This document shows, one piece after another, positions 38,657 through 49,400 of a stretch of 64,000 bases of DNA. The notes under the pieces are model-generated. The model was not told the origin of the DNA. It searched no databases and was given only the letters and a program-made list of their open reading frames with translations. The DNA comes from Clostridia bacterium (GTDB lineage: Bacteria; Bacillota; Clostridia; Christensenellales; UBA1242), in the NCBI GenBank assembly GCA_017481235.1, contig JAFUPL010000030.1, positions 578 through 64,577 of the forward strand, written 5' to 3'. Made by a program: the position numbers and the translations under genes. Within the stretch, counting starts at the first letter, position 1; the number at the start of each line of letters is the position of its first letter.

Positions 38657-39964
38657 CTATTTATTGTCTTCATCAATTATAATTTCTTCTTCCGCTTTAA
38701 CATCTTCATCATCTTCACTTATATGAATTTCACCTGCTTCGTCATCGTCTTCATATAAATTTGAAGTAATACTTGGTTTTGTTTCCTTATCTTCCAAGTT
38801 TTTATTGTTTATTGAAGTATTTTGCATCTTTTTAGTATATAACCTTTTATTGCTAGACAACACTTCATCTTCATCATTTAACGTTTCATTATCAAATCGA
38901 TTTTCAATTGTAGCAAGCATTGAAAACATTTTTTGTTTGTCTACTAATTGCAATTTTAACTTAATTTTTTGTTCTAAATTTTCACATTTTTTAGATAACT
39001 TATAGTACAAATTATCCATAACTAAAAAGATTTGAGATTTATTTGGAATGGTTGAGGAATTTATAGTATCCTTACATGTATCCATCACTTCTTTAACATG
39101 AGCAAGGTTTGTTTTTAATTTAATCAATTCTTGCATCATCTTTTCAATCTTTTGGAGTTTTAACTTCTTTAATAAAATATCTATTTTATTAATTTTGATA
39201 TTGATGTCTTCTATTAACATTTCTTCATGCTTGGATATTTCAAACTTTTCTAACATTTTTGAACGAATAAATTGCTCAACATCTTCACCAATTCCATTGT
39301 CCGTAATACTTTCCTTATAAAAGTCCTCACTTTTAGTAATAAATGTAGGTTCATATTTGTCAAAATCACAATTTGTTAATTCGATATATCTTAAATCTAC
39401 AAACTGCTTTACAAGTTTTTGTAATTCTATATAATTTACATTATGAGCGCTTACTTTATCACTTAAAAATGGTTTTAACTCATCTACTGGTGAATTGTAC
39501 AAAATATAATTAGATTTAGCATGTCGTAAATACTTAATACTATTTAACACCTTTAAAAAGCGCTTTTGACTATTTTTTATTGACACATAGCGATATTCAT
39601 CTAACAATGGTATTACACTATCAAAATTAATTGCTTGCAAAGTTTGCTTTAATTCAAAAAATTGTTTTGGAGTTAAAACATTTGTTTGTAAAAATATATC
39701 TATTTTATCTAAAATAGAACTAACATACTTAGTGCTTAAAACCTTATTGTAGTTTTCAAGCAAGTCTTTAGACTTAAACAATCTTTTAAACGTATCATTA
39801 AACCATTGTTTAAAACTTGAAGCATTAGGATTTATTTTATAATCATCTTCAACTATACCTTTTGTATCATTTGAAACTAAAAGTTGCGAAAGATATTCTT
39901 TTAATAAATCACCTAAATATTGTGAATTAAGTTCGCCCTCCGCTTTATAAGCAAATTTAGACAT
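38657..39964 (-). CDS. hypothetical coiled-coil protein with acidic C-terminal tail (435 aa)
   Basis: Long K/E/L-rich helical segments and a terminal EDDDEAGEIHISEDDEDVKAEEE tail. Follows the S1-domain gene by 9 nt. Confidence 0.55.
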   Translation of the reverse strand: MSKFAYKAEGELNSQYLGDLLKEYLSQLLVSNDTKGIVEDDYKINPNASSFKQWFNDTFKRLFKSKDLLENYNKVLSTKYVSSILDKIDIFLQTNVLTPKQFFELKQTLQAINFDSVIPLLDEYRYVSIKNSQKRFLKVLNSIKYLRHAKSNYILYNSPVDELKPFLSDKVSAHNVNYIELQKLVKQFVDLRYIELTNCDFDKYEPTFITKSEDFYKESITDNGIGEDVEQFIRSKMLEKFEISKHEEMLIEDINIKINKIDILLKKLKLQKIEKMMQELIKLKTNLAHVKEVMDTCKDTINSSTIPNKSQIFLVMDNLYYKLSKKCENLEQKIKLKLQLVDKQKMFSMLATIENRFDNETLNDEDEVLSSNKRLYTKKMQNTSINNKNLEDKETKPSITSNLYEDDDEAGEIHISEDDEDVKAEEEIIIDEDNK

Positions 39965-39973
39965 ATATATCTC

Positions 39974-40993
39974 CTATTGTTCTTTTTTCTTTAATGTAAT
40001 TATGTTCAACTTGTGATTTTCCTTATCGATTGCACTAATATATCCGCTAATGGTAGCACCCAACTTGTAAATATGGTGAGTAGCCGTATTAACATTTTCA
40101 CTATTTTCACGCGTAATTGCAAAAGCGGTTAAACCATTATCAAGTTTAATAAGCGCACCCGATGGAAAAATACGTTCAACCACTCCATTATGCTCATCAC
40201 CAAGATTAATATCATCAAAAATAGCATCTAATGGATTTTCTTTTAATTGTTTTAAACCTAAACTAATTTTAGCATTATCTATAGTTTTATCTAAAACCTT
40301 AAACTCATATTCCTTATTCTCTTCAATTACTTCGTTTAATGAATTAATATGTTCATAACTAGCGTCTTGAATATTAAGTTTACCTTTTAATCCATCATGA
40401 AGCATAATAATAGCATACTTATCCATAACTTTGATTGGCACGCCAGTTACTATATCATTTATGTTTATGTCAATACTTGAATAATCAACCGTTTTTTGAA
40501 GTAACTTTGTACTACAAACAATAGATTTGGTTAAACTATTAAGTTCAATAATTACTGCGTCAATTTCACGTTCTTTTAATTTTTCACGACTAATATAATC
40601 GTCTTTTGAACATTGCGAATAAGGCAAAAATACAGTAAATCCTAGTATTTCACCTTTAATACCTGCAGTAGTTAAATCCTTTACTACAAAACTAAAGGTA
40701 GAACCAACTTTTAAATCTTTTACTTTTTCGCGTTGCTCAAGTGCTTTGTTTACATTTTTAGCATCTAATACAATGCAACCATATTCATCTACCTTATCGG
40801 TTACCATTACCAATATTGCATCATCTTCCTTATATACATTTTCATCAAGTTCTTCTTTAGGCACTATTCCATCTTTCATGCCTCCAATATTTACAATTGC
40901 ACCACGCTTAGTAATCATAACAATTGTTCCAGTAATGATATCTCCCCTTTTATAATGGGTAAATTTAATATTAGCGTCCTTCATTGTTTGCAT
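39974..40993 (-). CDS. S1 RNA-binding domain protein (ribosomal protein S1 homolog, 4 S1 repeats)
   Basis: Repeated G(D/E)x(I/V)xG.V motifs about 70 aa apart. Lies after plsC, as in many Firmicutes. Confidence 0.78.
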   Translation of the reverse strand: MQTMKDANIKFTHYKRGDIITGTIVMITKRGAIVNIGGMKDGIVPKEELDENVYKEDDAILVMVTDKVDEYGCIVLDAKNVNKALEQREKVKDLKVGSTFSFVVKDLTTAGIKGEILGFTVFLPYSQCSKDDYISREKLKEREIDAVIIELNSLTKSIVCSTKLLQKTVDYSSIDININDIVTGVPIKVMDKYAIIMLHDGLKGKLNIQDASYEHINSLNEVIEENKEYEFKVLDKTIDNAKISLGLKQLKENPLDAIFDDINLGDEHNGVVERIFPSGALIKLDNGLTAFAITRENSENVNTATHHIYKLGATISGYISAIDKENHKLNIITLKKKEQ

Positions 40994-41591
40994 TTTTCTT
41001 TCCTCCAGTAATTAACAATTCGTTCATTTTTGATACTACTAATTTAGTAAACTCCTCGCTATATTCTTTATCCTTTGCCCTTGTCATATCGGGATAAATC
41101 AAATCACCTACAATAATTTTATTAAATCTTAAAAATCTAGGTTTTTTAAGTATCACTGTAGGCAAAACTGGTGTTCCCGTACGAAGCGCAAACAAGGAAA
41201 TACCCTCTTTTACGGTATTTTCGTCAATTTCGCCTGGTTTACTACGTGTTCCTTGTGGGCAAATACATACATGGCGTTTGCGATTGATTGCACTAAACAC
41301 TTTCTTTATCGCACCTAAATCTGCCTTGCTTCTATCCACTGGGATAACATCAAATTTTTTAAGAAACCAACCTAATACTTTATTTTTAAACAACTCCGCC
41401 TTGCCTATATATGTAAACTTTTTACGCAATTTAATTGCTAGTATTGGCAAATCAAAATTGCTCATATGATTACACGCAACTATTACATTTTGCTTTTTTG
41501 CTTTAGGCAAATGCTTTCTATTTATAACCCTTGTTGGAAAAAATATTGTTAAAAATGGAAACAATATTGCAAAACATATCCAAAATATCAT
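40971..41591 (-). CDS. plsC: 1-acyl-sn-glycerol-3-phosphate acyltransferase
   Basis: NHMSNFD (HX4D) and PQGTRS motifs with an N-terminal TM helix. Confidence 0.85.
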   Translation of the reverse strand: MIFWICFAILFPFLTIFFPTRVINRKHLPKAKKQNVIVACNHMSNFDLPILAIKLRKKFTYIGKAELFKNKVLGWFLKKFDVIPVDRSKADLGAIKKVFSAINRKRHVCICPQGTRSKPGEIDENTVKEGISLFALRTGTPVLPTVILKKPRFLRFNKIIVGDLIYPDMTRAKDKEYSEEFTKLVVSKMNELLITGGKKNANNEGR

Positions 41592-42814
41592 TTTAACCTC
41601 ACACTATCACCAACTACAAACCCGCTTGAAAACGCAATTTGCAAATTAAATCCGCCCGTCAAAGCATCTATATCTAAAACTTCGCCCGCAAAATACAAAT
41701 TAGAAACTAATTTACTTTCAAAGTTTTTAGGAGATACTTCCTTTAAATCTACGCCTCCACTGGTTATAATTGCCTTTTCTATATTATCTAACAAATTTAA
41801 AGATAAGTCAAATTTTTTTAACCCATTTATTAATATATTTCTATCATTTTTAGATAAATCACTTACTTTTTTGTCTTGTAAAGCATATTTTTGTATAAAA
41901 TATGGCACCAAACTACTAGGAAGTAGTGTTTTCAAATAAGTGGATAAATTCTTTTTGGCAAACACCTTAAACTCACGCAAAAATTTAGCGTCCAGTGTTT
42001 CAACGCTAAGTTTAGGTTTAAAATCAATATATAGTTTTGCCCTTGATAAATCTTGACGATTAATTTTACTTGAAATGGTTAATATTATTGGTCCACTAAC
42101 TCCGTTATTTGTAAATAACATTTCACCAAACTCTTTAGCAACTACTTTTCCATTAATCTCAACGCTTGCTTCTACAAATTTAAGTGACAATCCTTCAATA
42201 TCTTTTACATTTTCTTTAACAACTATCGGAACTAATGCAGGTTTAATTTCTATAATATTATGTCCAAACTTTTTGGCCCAAATATAACCATCTCCACTGC
42301 TTCCAGTTGACGAATACGACTTACCTCCGGTGGCAATAAGTACACTATATGATTGGTAAGTTGTTCCATTGATACACAATATTTTGAATATATCATTTTC
42401 TTTGAAAATATCTTTAACTTGTGTATTTAATACAATTTCCACGCCTGCATTGTTTAGCATTGACATAAGTGCATTTATTACATCGCTTGACTTGTCACTA
42501 ACTGGAAACACACGATTGCCATGTTCGGTTTTAAGCGGAACATATGATTCAAACATATCGATGGTATGTTGAGGTGTAAAGCGCCTTATTGCCCCGTTCA
42601 TAAAACGACTACCATTAATAGTGTTGGTTAAATGTGTTTCAATATCACTGTTGTTGGTTAAATTACATCTGCCCTTACCTGTAATATAAATCTTTTTACC
42701 TATCTTTTCATTTTTTTCAAGCAGCAAAACAGAAGCACCTCGTCTTGCCGCCTGAACTGCTGCCATACTTCCAGATGCTCCTGCTCCTATTATAATTAAA
42801 TCATAAATTCTCAT
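41588..42814 (-). CDS. HI0933/BaiN-family NAD(P)/FAD-dependent oxidoreductase
   Basis: IIGAGASG dinucleotide motif and the family hallmark GKGRCNLTN. Confidence 0.85.
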   Translation of the reverse strand: MRIYDLIIIGAGASGSMAAVQAARRGASVLLLEKNEKIGKKIYITGKGRCNLTNNSDIETHLTNTINGSRFMNGAIRRFTPQHTIDMFESYVPLKTEHGNRVFPVSDKSSDVINALMSMLNNAGVEIVLNTQVKDIFKENDIFKILCINGTTYQSYSVLIATGGKSYSSTGSSGDGYIWAKKFGHNIIEIKPALVPIVVKENVKDIEGLSLKFVEASVEINGKVVAKEFGEMLFTNNGVSGPIILTISSKINRQDLSRAKLYIDFKPKLSVETLDAKFLREFKVFAKKNLSTYLKTLLPSSLVPYFIQKYALQDKKVSDLSKNDRNILINGLKKFDLSLNLLDNIEKAIITSGGVDLKEVSPKNFESKLVSNLYFAGEVLDIDALTGGFNLQIAFSSGFVVGDSVRLK

Positions 42815-43521
42815 TTTTGCAAACTCTTTAAATACGCAATTTCTTTTGTTGTTAGTGCCTTATATTCCCCGCGTGAAAGACCTCCAAGTTTTATTTCACC
42901 AATGCTGACACGTTTTAAAAAGGCAACATTTTTACCCACTGCTTCAAACATCTTTTTAACTTGATGATTTTTACCTTCACTAATCACTATCTCTACACGA
43001 GTAAACTTTTCGTCCTTTTCTACAATTTGTGCACTACATGGTTGAGTAATATAACCACCAATATCTACACCCTTTGATATTTGTTTAATATCTTGAGGAG
43101 ATATTTCACCTTCAATAGATGCAATATATGTCTTTTTAACTAAGTTTTTAGGGTGAGTTAAAATGTTGGTTATATCGCCATCATTAGTTAATATCAATAA
43201 TCCTTCTGTATCATAATCCAAACGCCCTATTGGATAAACACGTTCTTGAACTTTACGCATAAGTTCTACAACTGTTTTGCGTCCCTTTTCATCACTGGCG
43301 GTGGTAACATATCCTTTTGGTTTGTGCAACTTATAATACACTCTACGAATATTTGGGCGTACTACCCTATTTTCAAACAACACAACATCTGTAGGTTTAA
43401 TATCTAAACCTAATTCACGTGTTACTTTGTTGTTTACTTTTACTTTACCTTGTAAAATTAGTTCGTCACATTTTCTGCGAGAAGCCACACCGCAATCTGC
43501 TAAATACTTATTAATTCTCAT
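42811..43521 (-). CDS. rluB: rRNA pseudouridine synthase B
   Basis: S4 domain (MRINKYLADCGVASRR) and catalytic GRLDYDTEGLLILTNDG. Confidence 0.9.
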   Translation of the reverse strand: MRINKYLADCGVASRRKCDELILQGKVKVNNKVTRELGLDIKPTDVVLFENRVVRPNIRRVYYKLHKPKGYVTTASDEKGRKTVVELMRKVQERVYPIGRLDYDTEGLLILTNDGDITNILTHPKNLVKKTYIASIEGEISPQDIKQISKGVDIGGYITQPCSAQIVEKDEKFTRVEIVISEGKNHQVKKMFEAVGKNVAFLKRVSIGEIKLGGLSRGEYKALTTKEIAYLKSLQK

Positions 43522-44664
43522 TTATTTTTCCCATTGTAATTTTATTGAATTGAAGATATCTTGATTAACAAGCACATCAATCTTATTTATTGTATACAAT
43601 TTTAAAGTTTTTTGCAAGTGATTATCGTAAAATACTGAAATTTCTCCAACTTCTTCGTTTTCTTCTACGTTTTTAGTTAACTCATATAACGAATAAACTA
43701 CTTTTAGTTTATTTCTTTCGCTATTCTTTATTGGAAAAATATAAGTTTCATCTGTATATAAATTAAGTTGTCCACGTTCACTGTCAATATAATATTCATT
43801 ATATATTGGTTCGTCTTTTATTGTTATTGGACTAAAATCATACTCGCTGTATGCGCTGTTAAGTAGTGTTACACTTTCTTCAAACATTGGTCCACAATTT
43901 AATACTACACACACTAAAGTTATTCCATTTCGTTTAATAGCGCTAACTAAACATCGTCCTGCGCGTGTTGTAAATCCTGTTTTAACCCCAATGCACCCAT
44001 CAAGACTGTTTAATAGTCTATTTTTATTAGTTAAATATCTTGCTTCGCTAATATTGGTTGCTGGGATTGTGTGGTGTTTAGTAGATACAATATCGGCAAA
44101 TATTGGATTATTTAATGCGTATGCGGTAACCATCGCCAAATCATATGCTGTGGTGTAATGGTCTGTTTCGTCTAATCCATGAGGGTTAGCAAAATGACTA
44201 TTTTTAGCACCCGCAGTTACACATAATTCATTCATCATGTCAACAAACTTTTCTTCAGTTCCACCTACATGGTACGCTAGTGCCATAGCACTATCATTGC
44301 CCGAACGTAACATTAAACCATATAGCAAATCTCTTACTGAAATTTGTTCGTCTTTACGTAAATATATCGAAGTGCCTTCTATCCCTATACTTTTGTTGTG
44401 GACTGTTATAATTTCGTCCAAATTATCACAATTTTGAATTACTGTTATTGCGGTTACAATTTTAGTAGTAGAAGCATTTGCAAGCATTTTATCCATATCT
44501 TTTTGATATAACACACGTTTAGAATCTTGCTCTAATACACACATTCCTTTTGCTGAGGTTGAAACTGCTTCAACGCTATTAATTGATACAGCATTAAACC
44601 CTACTCCCGTAAAAATCAAACAACATATCAAAATTGAAAGCATAATTTTAAACTTAATTTTCAT
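43522..44664 (-). CDS. D-alanyl-D-alanine carboxypeptidase (DacB/PBP5*-like)
   Basis: Signal peptide plus ASTTK (SxxK), SGND (SxN) and KTGFT (KTG) motifs. Confidence 0.88.
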   Translation of the reverse strand: MKIKFKIMLSILICCLIFTGVGFNAVSINSVEAVSTSAKGMCVLEQDSKRVLYQKDMDKMLANASTTKIVTAITVIQNCDNLDEIITVHNKSIGIEGTSIYLRKDEQISVRDLLYGLMLRSGNDSAMALAYHVGGTEEKFVDMMNELCVTAGAKNSHFANPHGLDETDHYTTAYDLAMVTAYALNNPIFADIVSTKHHTIPATNISEARYLTNKNRLLNSLDGCIGVKTGFTTRAGRCLVSAIKRNGITLVCVVLNCGPMFEESVTLLNSAYSEYDFSPITIKDEPIYNEYYIDSERGQLNLYTDETYIFPIKNSERNKLKVVYSLYELTKNVEENEEVGEISVFYDNHLQKTLKLYTINKIDVLVNQDIFNSIKLQWEK

Positions 44665-44665
44665 T

Positions 44666-45055
44666 TTATTTCTCCTTACTTTCTGCCATCTTTTTTAATA
44701 CTTCACTAGCATTTTTTAGTAATGTTAAATATGCTGAAGATTTATCGGCATGAACCATTTTAAACTTATTATCTTTAAGCACAAAAAATCCAATTGGCGA
44801 CACTGAGTATCCTCCACCAGTACCTCCAGCCATAGGATATTCGTCAAGATTTCGCTTTGAATTTAAATCGGAATACTCACCACCACCAGATACAAATCCA
44901 ACCGATACTTTTGAAATAGGAATAAGTAATGTGCCATCTGGCAATGTTACTGGTTCACCTATAACACAATTAACATCTACCATATTTCTAATACTTTCTA
45001 ATGACGAATCAATTAAACCTTTTATCTTATTTGTTTTCGTAACTTCTTGTTTCAT
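44666..45055 (-). CDS. ytfJ: sporulation protein YtfJ / GerW family
   Basis: IGEPVTLPDGTLLIPISKVSVGFVSGGGEY matches the conserved core of the family. Confidence 0.8.
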   Translation of the reverse strand: MKQEVTKTNKIKGLIDSSLESIRNMVDVNCVIGEPVTLPDGTLLIPISKVSVGFVSGGGEYSDLNSKRNLDEYPMAGGTGGGYSVSPIGFFVLKDNKFKMVHADKSSAYLTLLKNASEVLKKMAESKEK

Positions 45056-45596
45056 ACTCCACTCCCTTTAAACTCCAAATCGTATTAATTATTGAATAGA
45101 TAATATCAAATATACAAATGTTTATCTGCCCACCAATTTTTAAATTTAAACAATCTTGATTATATTTTGTCTCATTTGATATGAAAATATGTGCAGATTT
45201 TTTATTATGCAAAATTCGTGCATGCAAACATTTACTAGCAATATCAATTAAACTACTGCTCGTGGCGGTAACCATAGCATCATTATAGTATCCAACATCA
45301 CTTGCAAAATTAAGGGTTTGCAAAATTAGTCTAAAATAAATCTGTCTAACAAATTGTATTACAAATGCCACATTGAAATTCTTTGAGGTTAACTTTTCGC
45401 GTCTAGTTTTGTTATTGCGAGTAATATAAATGTAAGCACCCCTAAATCTAACTCTTAACTTAAAATTAATAAACCTAAATAATATTATTTGAACCGCACC
45501 ACTTAAATTTAACACATTTAATTTTAGGTTGAATTTTATTGGTATAGGAATTATTAACAAAAAAATAACTATCAATAATACAATTTGCCAAATCAT
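45027..45596 (-). CDS. DUF2953-like (YtfI-like) membrane protein
   Basis: N-terminal TM helix. Assigned mainly from its position directly upstream of ytfJ, as in Bacillus ytfI-ytfJ. Confidence 0.45.
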   Translation of the reverse strand: MIWQIVLLIVIFLLIIPIPIKFNLKLNVLNLSGAVQIILFRFINFKLRVRFRGAYIYITRNNKTRREKLTSKNFNVAFVIQFVRQIYFRLILQTLNFASDVGYYNDAMVTATSSSLIDIASKCLHARILHNKKSAHIFISNETKYNQDCLNLKIGGQINICIFDIIYSIINTIWSLKGVEYETRSYENK

Positions 45597-45718
45597 AAAT
45601 TTATGTTAAATAAAATTGATTTTTTTATGCATTTTTGCTATTTTATTACAAAATTTTTACTAAAATCTTAATATTTTTATTTATTTTAATAAAATTTTTA
45701 TTAAATATTATTTTTTAT

Positions 45719-45750
45719 AAAAAAATACAACCATTTAAGGTTGTATTTTT
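45719..45750. terminator. intrinsic terminator
   Basis: Stem ATACAACC/GGTTGTAT with A7 and T5 flanks. Confidence 0.75.
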
Positions 45751-45765
45751 CAAATGTTTTATAAA

Positions 45766-46374
45766 TTAAACAGTTTGTTGTTCTTCTTGCTCTTTCAAGT
45801 TTAAATATTCAATATATCTTTCCAAACACAAACCACCTAAGTCTTGCATTGCCTTAGCATGCTCAACACCAACATATCTAAAATGCCATGGTTCATATTT
45901 TTTCACACCAGTTATATGTTCTAAACCTTTTGGATATCTAAGTATAAAACCAAATTCCGTAAGCGCTTCATGAGTTGTTTTTATTATATCTTTATTTGAT
46001 AATTTAGCAATTAGTTTTGAAAGCATGTTGCTAGAACGAATTCTTACATCAATTGCAAGACCCAAATGGTGTTCGCTATATCCAGGAGTAGCAACCTCAT
46101 TTTGAGCATACTCTATTCCTTTTTCCTTAACAATTTTATCAAAATATTCTTGTTGTTCCTCAACAGTTCTTCCAGCAGAATTTAATGTTAATTTAACACC
46201 CTTTTTTAGCAACTTTTTTTGTAATTTTTTAAATGCTTCATAAGTTTCAGTTTCAATAAATTCCTTGTTTTCATTCATATCCTTGTTTACATCAATTTTA
46301 CTAAACTCAAACCCTTCCTTCATGTCATCACTAAACTTATTTTCAAAATTTACTAATCTTAAATATTTATCCAT
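45766..46374 (-). CDS. M15-family D-Ala-D-Ala carboxypeptidase (VanY-like)
   Basis: SAGRTVEEQ, SEHHLGLAIDV and EPWHFRYVG metal-site motifs. Confidence 0.85.
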   Translation of the reverse strand: MDKYLRLVNFENKFSDDMKEGFEFSKIDVNKDMNENKEFIETETYEAFKKLQKKLLKKGVKLTLNSAGRTVEEQQEYFDKIVKEKGIEYAQNEVATPGYSEHHLGLAIDVRIRSSNMLSKLIAKLSNKDIIKTTHEALTEFGFILRYPKGLEHITGVKKYEPWHFRYVGVEHAKAMQDLGGLCLERYIEYLNLKEQEEQQTV

Positions 46375-46449
46375 AAAAACTCCTTTTCTTTTGCTATGTA
46401 ATATACATTATAACTCAAATCAATACAAAAATCAATGATTAGAACAAAT

Positions 46450-46484
46450 AAAAATGCCTAAACAATAATATTTAAGCATTTTTT
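46450..46484 (-). terminator. putative terminator after smc
   Basis: Stem AAAATGC/GCATTTT extended by TAAA/TTTA. AT-rich. Confidence 0.5.
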
Positions 46485-46492
46485 ATTTAAGT

Positions 46493-49400
46493 TTATTTAT
46501 CTTTTTTACCTTGTTCGGTAACTTTTACCGCTTCGCTTAATTTTACTGACACTATCTTTGAAACACCTTTTTCTTGCATTGTAACACCAAATAACGAGTC
46601 AGCAAGTTCCATAGTAGGTTTACGGTGAGTAATAACAATAAATTGAGTATCTTGCGAAAATCTCTTTAAGTATCTAGCATATCTTTCAATATTGTTATCG
46701 TCAAGAGCCGCTTCAATTTCGTCTAGGAAACAGAATGGCATTGGACGAAGTTTTAATATTGCAAATAGTATTGCAATAGCGGTCATAGTTTTTTCTCCAC
46801 CACTCATTAGTGTAATGCTCTTCAATGCTTTACCTGGAGGGCAAGCATTAATTTCCACGCCCGCACATAATGGGTCTTCGTTTGGAAGCAATTCAAGATG
46901 AGCTTCCCCTCCACCAAATAGTTCTTTAAATACTTTTGTAAAGTTTGTATTTATCTTTTCAAACTCGGTATTAAACTTTTGCAACATTTCACTTGACAAG
47001 TCGGCAATAATTTTCATCAAGTCTGCTTCTGCCTTTTGAAGGTCTTGAACTTGAGTACTCATCTCTTCGTATCTAGCACCTTCAACCTTATACTCCTCAA
47101 TAGCATTAATGTTTATTGAACCTAAAGATGCAATTTGAGTTTTGATACGACTAATTTCAATCATGCCTTCCTTGATATCAAATTCAGTCTTTTTAAATGG
47201 CAAGCAATCATTATATGTCATCTCATATTCTTCGTAAATACGCTCTTGCATATTTTCAATATCAATATCAACCTTTTGAAGTTTGGCATCTTCTTGATAT
47301 ATTTTGCTTTGAAGACGAGACATTTCATCTTGAACTTCGCTCTTTTTGTCGCCAATTTCTTTTAATTCGTTCAACATTGACGCTTTAGATTGGTCAAAAG
47401 TATTAAGTCTAGCATTAAGTGAATCTAATTCCTCACCTATACCTGACGAATTAATTTCACGTAAAGTTTCTTGTTGAATATGTTTTGCTTGATTAAATAT
47501 TTCTTCTTGTTTTGAATATTCAATCTTTGCACGCTCAATATTTTCTGCGCTATCGGTTATTTTGAGTTTATAACGTTCGATTTCCAGTTCTAATGCCTTA
47601 ATTTTCTCTTCACTACTTGCAATTTTAATTTTGTAATCAGTAATTTGTGCATTATACTCATCACGCTTAAGTTTAAGTTCATCATACATTGACTTTGAAT
47701 TAGTTGAACTTTCACTCATTTGTTTTTGCGAACTTGTAATATCACTTTCCAAACTATCCACGCTATTAATTTTATCTTGAATTTCTTTCACAAATTGTTT
47801 AGCAACTGATAGTTGCGCTTCATATTGCTTAATACTACTACTTAATACATTTAATTTATCTTGTAGTGCTTGCAATTTGGATATTTTTGAAGCAAAATCA
47901 CTATTTAATTGTTGTAATTTGACCGCATTTTCCTCTCTAAACTGACGAAGATTTAAAACTTTGGTCATTATAGTTTGATTATTTTGTTGCAACTCGTGTA
48001 AATACTTGGTATTCTTTTCAATATTTTTGGTAAGTTCTTTAATTTCGTTTTCCTTTCCTATTACTGAAGTCTCATTTGACTTTTTGCTACCACCTGACAT
48101 TGAACCTTGAGGAGATAGCACATCACCTTCAAGTGTAACCATTTTAAACGAATATCCGCTATCACGAGCAATTTGTACTGCATTTTCAAGCGTGTCTACA
48201 ATTACGGTGCTACCTAACAAACTATCTATAACTTTTTTATACTCGCTAGGATAAGATATGATTTCGCTGGCAATTCCTAAACAACCTTTGCTATTTAAAA
48301 ATTTACGATCACTTTGCATTAGACTTCTTGGTTTAACCGCAGTCATTGGTAAGAATGTGGCACGACCAATTTTGGTTGACTTTAAATAATCAATCAAAAC
48401 TTTTGCATCTTCTTCATTTTTAGTAACAATATTTTGAACACTTGCCCCTAATGCAATTTCAATCGCCGTAGCATACGTGGATTTTACTTCAATAATATTG
48501 CCAATAACACCCTTGATTGCACTTGATAATTGCTTATTTGTTCCACTATCTTTCAATAATCTTTTAACCGCAATTTGATATCCTTCAAAATTTGCTTGCA
48601 AATTAACAAGTAGTTCTTTACGATTATTATCGTTGGCAATTGCTGACTTATATGCAAATATTTCATTATTTAAGTTGCTTAATTGAGTTTCCAATTCTTG
48701 CAAGTTACTTTTAGCACTAGTTAATTCGTCTTCAACTTTATCCTTTTGTTTACCTGTCAAATCCACATCACTTGAAAAATCTGATATTTGTTTTTCAAGT
48801 TGAATAAATTCTTGGTTTAAAGAACTTAACTTTTCACTGTCTGCTAATACATTTGCTTGCATTGCGTCACGTTTTGCAATCAATGCTGACATATTCGACT
48901 TAATATCTGTTAACTTTTCAAGATTATCTATATATGCACGATGACTTGCTTCCTTACTATCTTCATTAGCGGTAATTTTGTCAATAAGTTCTAAATATTC
49001 ATTAGATAACTTTTCGCTTTCAATTCTTAATGTTTTTAAAATCTTACTTTCGTCGTCTTTACTTTTAACTGCATTATCATGTATAAGTATTAATTGATTA
49101 TGCTCTAACTCTAAATTTTTAAGGTCACTTGCAACACGTTTGGTTTGCTCCTCAATGTGCGACATACGCTCATTTAAAAGATTGTTTTCACCTTGCTTCT
49201 TTTCGTATTGAACGGTTAAGTTAAGCACTTTATCATGTAGTTCGCTAATTGTCTTATCTACGCGATTAATTTCGTCCATATTCGCGTCATACTTAATTTG
49301 CAAATTATTGTATTCATTTTGCTTAATATTTAAGTGGTCTGTATACCCCTTTTTGCGAATATTAATTTCATCTTTAGCTACACTTGCATGCTCATATTGA